A DNA stretch of 64,000 nucleotides, taken from NCBI GenBank assembly GCA_047947115.1, contig CP170459.1, forward strand, positions 2,432,001-2,496,000, in the 5' to 3' direction. Origin of the DNA: Verrucomicrobiota bacterium. Lineage in GTDB: Bacteria > Verrucomicrobiota > Verrucomicrobiia > Limisphaerales > AAA164-E04. Both the position numbers and the translations under genes were made by a program. Under the pieces are notes generated by a model that was not told where the DNA came from, ran no database searches, and was given only the letters and a program-made list of their open reading frames with translations. Shown here piece by piece: positions 60,923 to 64,000 of this stretch; positions within the stretch are counted from its first letter, which is position 1, and every line of letters starts with the position of its first letter.

Positions 60923-61446
60923 GATTTGCTTCCCTCCGCAAGGACTCTCAACATGCAGTCGTGCAGGATGGCCCGGATCCGCCGCAGGCTCTTGTAGAGG
61001 GCGTTGACCGAGCGTCCGGCTCGAGCCGCCGTGCTCTTGAGCGGCCCTTCCCGGTAGCACTCCTCCACCAGAGCCCGTTGGTGCGGCGGAAGCTGGTTCA
61101 GGCAGTGCTGCAGCGCCCGATGGCACTCCTCCGAAAATCGCCCCCCCGCCTCCCGGTCTGTCAAGAGCAGTTCCGCCACTTCCTCGCTCAGCAGGGTGTA
61201 CCGGCTGGATTCGCGGCGGCGGAAATTGCGCACATGGTTGTGGGCAATCGCGCAGGCCCAACTCGCAAACTCGCCCTTTTCCGGGTCGTATTTCGCCCGC
61301 TCCTGCCACAGCGTGAGGCAAGTCTGCTGAAACAAGTCTTCAACATCCTCGCGCCGCGGCACGAGGGTGAACAAGAAGCGGTAAACCCTGCTCTGGTTGG
61401 CCAGCAGCAGGGTGATGAAGCGGTCGTCAGGCGGTTCGGTAGTCAT
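60919..61446 (-). CDS. ECF RNA polymerase sigma factor
   Basis: EDLFQQT...FASWACAIA, LPPHQR, ALYKSLRRIR. Confidence 0.9.
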   Translation of the reverse strand: MTTEPPDDRFITLLLANQSRVYRFLFTLVPRREDVEDLFQQTCLTLWQERAKYDPEKGEFASWACAIAHNHVRNFRRRESSRYTLLSEEVAELLLTDREAGGRFSEECHRALQHCLNQLPPHQRALVEECYREGPLKSTAARAGRSVNALYKSLRRIRAILHDCMLRVLAEGSKS

Positions 61447-61743
61447 CTTTATAAGTGATTGGTCGCACTAGCGGAAAAGTGGCCCAGGAAAACGCATCAT
61501 GTCGCCCGCGGAGCCGGAATGGCGAAAACTTACAGGCCTCGATATATCTTAATCTTCGACCTGTTGGGCGATCTCGTGTGCTCGCGATCCGAGCCTCGCG
61601 AACGCGAGACGAAGTCAGTCATTGCCAGCGGCGCGCCAGAGCGCTATCACCGCCGAAATTCACCAACTACCGTTTCGCCATGCGCCAGCTCACTTGCCTG
61701 CCTTTTGTCCTGGTGGTCTTGTTGAAGATTCGGAATTGCCAGT

Positions 61744-62949
61744 TTATTGATTGGCCGATGGAAAAATGTCAAACCACCTCTTGGCTTCATCTTTTCCAAC
61801 TAATTCTAGGTAATGCTGTTTGATTATTTGTACTGAGTTTCCTGATTCGTAGGCAACTTTGGGTAAGTCGGTTGTCATCGCAACCCGGTATGAAATGTAG
61901 CTATGCCTCAATGCATTGTGTTTCCATCTGAGGCGAGCAGAATTAGAGGTTCTCAAAAAGCATTTTGTTAACACGCTCTCCGATCGATTCCATATTTTTC
62001 CCGTGGTTTTCATATTGGGGGTTAACCATGCAGCCAAGTTTTCAGAAATCGGCACAACTCTTCGGGCTGCCGTTTTGGCAATACCATGGTCGATGGTTAT
62101 CATTCTGCGTTCGATATGCACATTTTCCCAATTCAAGCGCATGGTTTCAGCAGTGCGGATGCCACAAAAGGCTCCTAGAAGTAAAACAGGCAAGATTTGG
62201 GCATCCGCGTGTGTTAAGAGTGCTTGGATTTCTTCAGGTGAAAATATTTCTATTGATCCATGCACTTTTTTTCTAAGTGCGATTCGAGAGACTTCACTAT
62301 GGTCTTGCTGCAAATATCCGCGCGATTTTCCGAATTCAAAAAGAGTGAGAATACTTTGAAGGTAGTTGTTGTGACTGCGATTCGAAAGGTTCAGGTTGTT
62401 GAGAAACTCTTCAATATCCGCAGAGGTGATCGAGGTTATTTGGCACACAAATCGACTAGCAAATCGGCCGCACCTGGATCGAAGGTCCTTGAGATATTTC
62501 TCGCTTAAGCTTTGCTGCGCTTTTGCACTCAACATTTCTTCCAGCACATCTTGAACTGTCTTTTTGGGCAGTTCCGTTGGGTGATGTTTCAAGTAGAATT
62601 CAATAGCACTAGAAAGGGGGATACCTTGCAGCTTCCTAACAGCGTCCGAATATTCCTCTGCTACCACATCGAGCGGTTTTTGCACTTCTTTGATCGAGTT
62701 GCATGCACGCGTGTAGATGAGTTTACCAATGTTGTCTATGCTGGTAGACTGGGCCTCTCCTCGACTCAGTTCCGTTGCGATAGTCTCAGCTTCTGATTTA
62801 GCGCGTTTGAAGTCGGCAAATGCCTTGCGTTTGCGAGTTTTTCCAATACGCCAATCGACTGAGTAGACCTTGCCGGAATGTGTTAGGACTTGATAAATTT
62901 TGACAACGGTTCGAGATCGTTTGATCGAAACTGGAAACTTCACCTTCAC
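61744..62949 (-). CDS. Tyrosine recombinase/integrase of island A
   Basis: Catalytic R (GIRTAE), K (AKT), HNALRHS, GNS, Y (KQHY); 105 bp from the tmRNA 3' end. Confidence 0.93.
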   Translation of the reverse strand: MKVKFPVSIKRSRTVVKIYQVLTHSGKVYSVDWRIGKTRKRKAFADFKRAKSEAETIATELSRGEAQSTSIDNIGKLIYTRACNSIKEVQKPLDVVAEEYSDAVRKLQGIPLSSAIEFYLKHHPTELPKKTVQDVLEEMLSAKAQQSLSEKYLKDLRSRCGRFASRFVCQITSITSADIEEFLNNLNLSNRSHNNYLQSILTLFEFGKSRGYLQQDHSEVSRIALRKKVHGSIEIFSPEEIQALLTHADAQILPVLLLGAFCGIRTAETMRLNWENVHIERRMITIDHGIAKTAARRVVPISENLAAWLTPNMKTTGKIWNRSESVLTKCFLRTSNSARLRWKHNALRHSYISYRVAMTTDLPKVAYESGNSVQIIKQHYLELVGKDEAKRWFDIFPSANQ

Positions 62950-62956
62950 TAGGTGA

Positions 62957-62984
62957 AGTGTAAGAGAATAGGAAGAAATGTCAA
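62957..62984 (-). promoter_or_regulatory. Putative sigma70 promoter of the integrase, overlapping arm-like repeats
   Basis: TTGACA (62984-79), 16 nt, TACACT (62962-57); GTG start 7 nt after the -10. Confidence 0.5.
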
Positions 62985-63054
62985 GTATTTGTCAAGTTTG
63001 ATGGTGGTTTTATTTTGTGTGGTGTGTAAAGCATTTGTGATCAATTAGTAAGAG

Positions 63055-63413
63055 TGGTGGAGGCGGCGGGAGTTGAACCCGCGTCCTAAGCAAACTTGCC
63101 GTGAAGCTTCTACATGCTTGTCCGGGCATTGGGTGTCTGTGAAGTGATGACGACCCGGCGCGAGTCACTTCACATAGTCCGCATGAAATCAGTTTCGGTC
63201 CCTTGCGCGCGGTCTCCGCTCCGAACCTAACCTGCTGTCAGCGTTTCTTCCACCCAGCAGGTGTCAGCAGAGAAACGTCGCGGAGCTTTATGCCGCGAGA
63301 GCTAATTCATTGTTAGCATTTATTGCTATTGGTCCGATTTTTTACGAGGCCAACGAACCATCCTCGGCATGCTACCTCAGACGTATCTACCCAGTCGAAA
63401 CCAGTACGCCTCC
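63055..63413 (-). ncRNA. ssrA: tmRNA
   Basis: 5' GGAGGCGUACUGGUUUCGAC; 3' GCGGGUUCAACUCCCGCCGCCUCCACCA; tag frame ANNELALAA* at 63317-63288; 359 nt. Confidence 0.95.
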
Positions 63414-63492
63414 ATGTAGTGGGTATAAACTGCACGGTGTTGGGGTGCTTGTCAAGGAGGGGTTGAGTTTGCGTGGGGCGATCATTTTCCGC

Positions 63493-64000
63493 CTACAGCT
63501 TGCGGGTTCCCTTGCAGGTTGGGTAGCGGGTGCAGCCTAGGAAGGGGTCTCCGGTGTGGGCGCCGGTTTTTGCGGTTCGTTGGACCATGGGGCTGTTGCA
63601 CTCTGGGCAGGGGGGGAAAGCGTTGTCTTTGGTGGTTGCGTTTTGTTGCCGGTGTTCCAGGCGTTTGGCGGCCAGCGTTTCCGAATAGCCACCTTCTTCT
63701 ACAAACTTTTTTTCGAGCGCTTCAATCTGCTGGTCCAGCAGATAGTTGGTCTGGTGGATCAAGCAGATCAGGGCGTTGGCACGTACGAATGCGTTTTCAT
63801 GTTCCAGCCAGGGTACATACAGGTCGAAGCGTTCCATGTCGGTGAGTTGTTCCCAGCGAAGGTTGTGGGTTCTGGCTACTTCGCGTACGGCTTTTGCCTC
63901 GGATGCCCGAGGATCCCAGATCATTTGGCGGTGTTGGCGGATGTAGTCTTCGTAATCGAGTAACAGCTCTTCCAGGCTGGCTCTGGCTACGTTCACCAGC
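63493..64000 (-). CDS. Four-helix-bundle protein with suffix domain and topoisomerase-type C4 zinc finger, 5' end outside window
   Basis: NVARASLEELLLDYED, ANALICLI, EGGYSE, CPEC...FLGCTRYPTC. Confidence 0.85.
   Translation of the reverse strand, partial: LVNVARASLEELLLDYEDYIRQHRQMIWDPRASEAKAVREVARTHNLRWEQLTDMERFDLYVPWLEHENAFVRANALICLIHQTNYLLDQQIEALEKKFVEEGGYSETLAAKRLEHRQQNATTKDNAFPPCPECNSPMVQRTAKTGAHTGDPFLGCTRYPTCKGTRKL

Larger units (their letters stand above)
34327..63079. mobile_element. Genomic island (element A, ~28.7 kb) integrated at the tmRNA 3' end
   Basis: 25-bp direct repeats, tyrosine integrase next to tmRNA, TGTCAAGT tandem repeats near both ends (34473-34490, 62979-62997), visibly GC-rich cargo. 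Confidence 0.9.

Noticed and set aside
60923..61321. N-terminal extension of the FecR ORF
   Set aside because: Lies inside the sigma gene in another frame; the ATGA coupling at 60922 gives the real start
61455..61823. Short + strand ORFs between the sigma gene and the integrase
   Set aside because: No recognisable motif (no excisionase-like HTH); one overlaps the integrase 3' end

Overview
Chromosomal segment of a probable Verrucomicrobiota (PVC) bacterium, inferred from PSD1/PSCyt, DUF1501, DUF1552/DUF1592 proteins and the tmRNA tag ANNELALAA. 1-27.9 kb is core genome: lpxK, a lipid A acyltransferase, hisB, an ECF/anti-sigma operon, nusA-infB-rbfA-nrnA-truB-ribF, elaB/yqjE/yqjK-like genes, prs-rplY-pth-rpsF-ssb-rplI and tRNA-Arg(CCG). 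The ~35 kb between the convergent tRNA-Arg (27816-27892, +) and tmRNA (63055-63413, -) is accessory DNA built by repeated integration at the tmRNA 3' end. It holds (A) a 28.7-kb island with a tyrosine integrase and a GC-rich glycan-utilisation-like cargo (ECF sigma, FecR fused to a CBM9/DOMON-like domain, two ~1380-aa secreted paralogs, esterases, lactonase, Tat-exported dehydratase), (B) a 1.3-kb integrase-less mini-island carrying only higBA, and (C) a decayed sibling of B with a nucleotidyltransferase pair, plus IS1634/ISAs1 relics and a complete IS3 element that splits a lipase-like gene. Most notable: the att-delimited mini-island array with element-specific arm-like repeats, a strongly structured non-coding 3' region in the IS3 element, an A3-U70 pair in place of G3-U70 in the tmRNA, and a receptor-less FecR-CBM9-like signalling locus. 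All protein family calls are by motif recognition, not database search.
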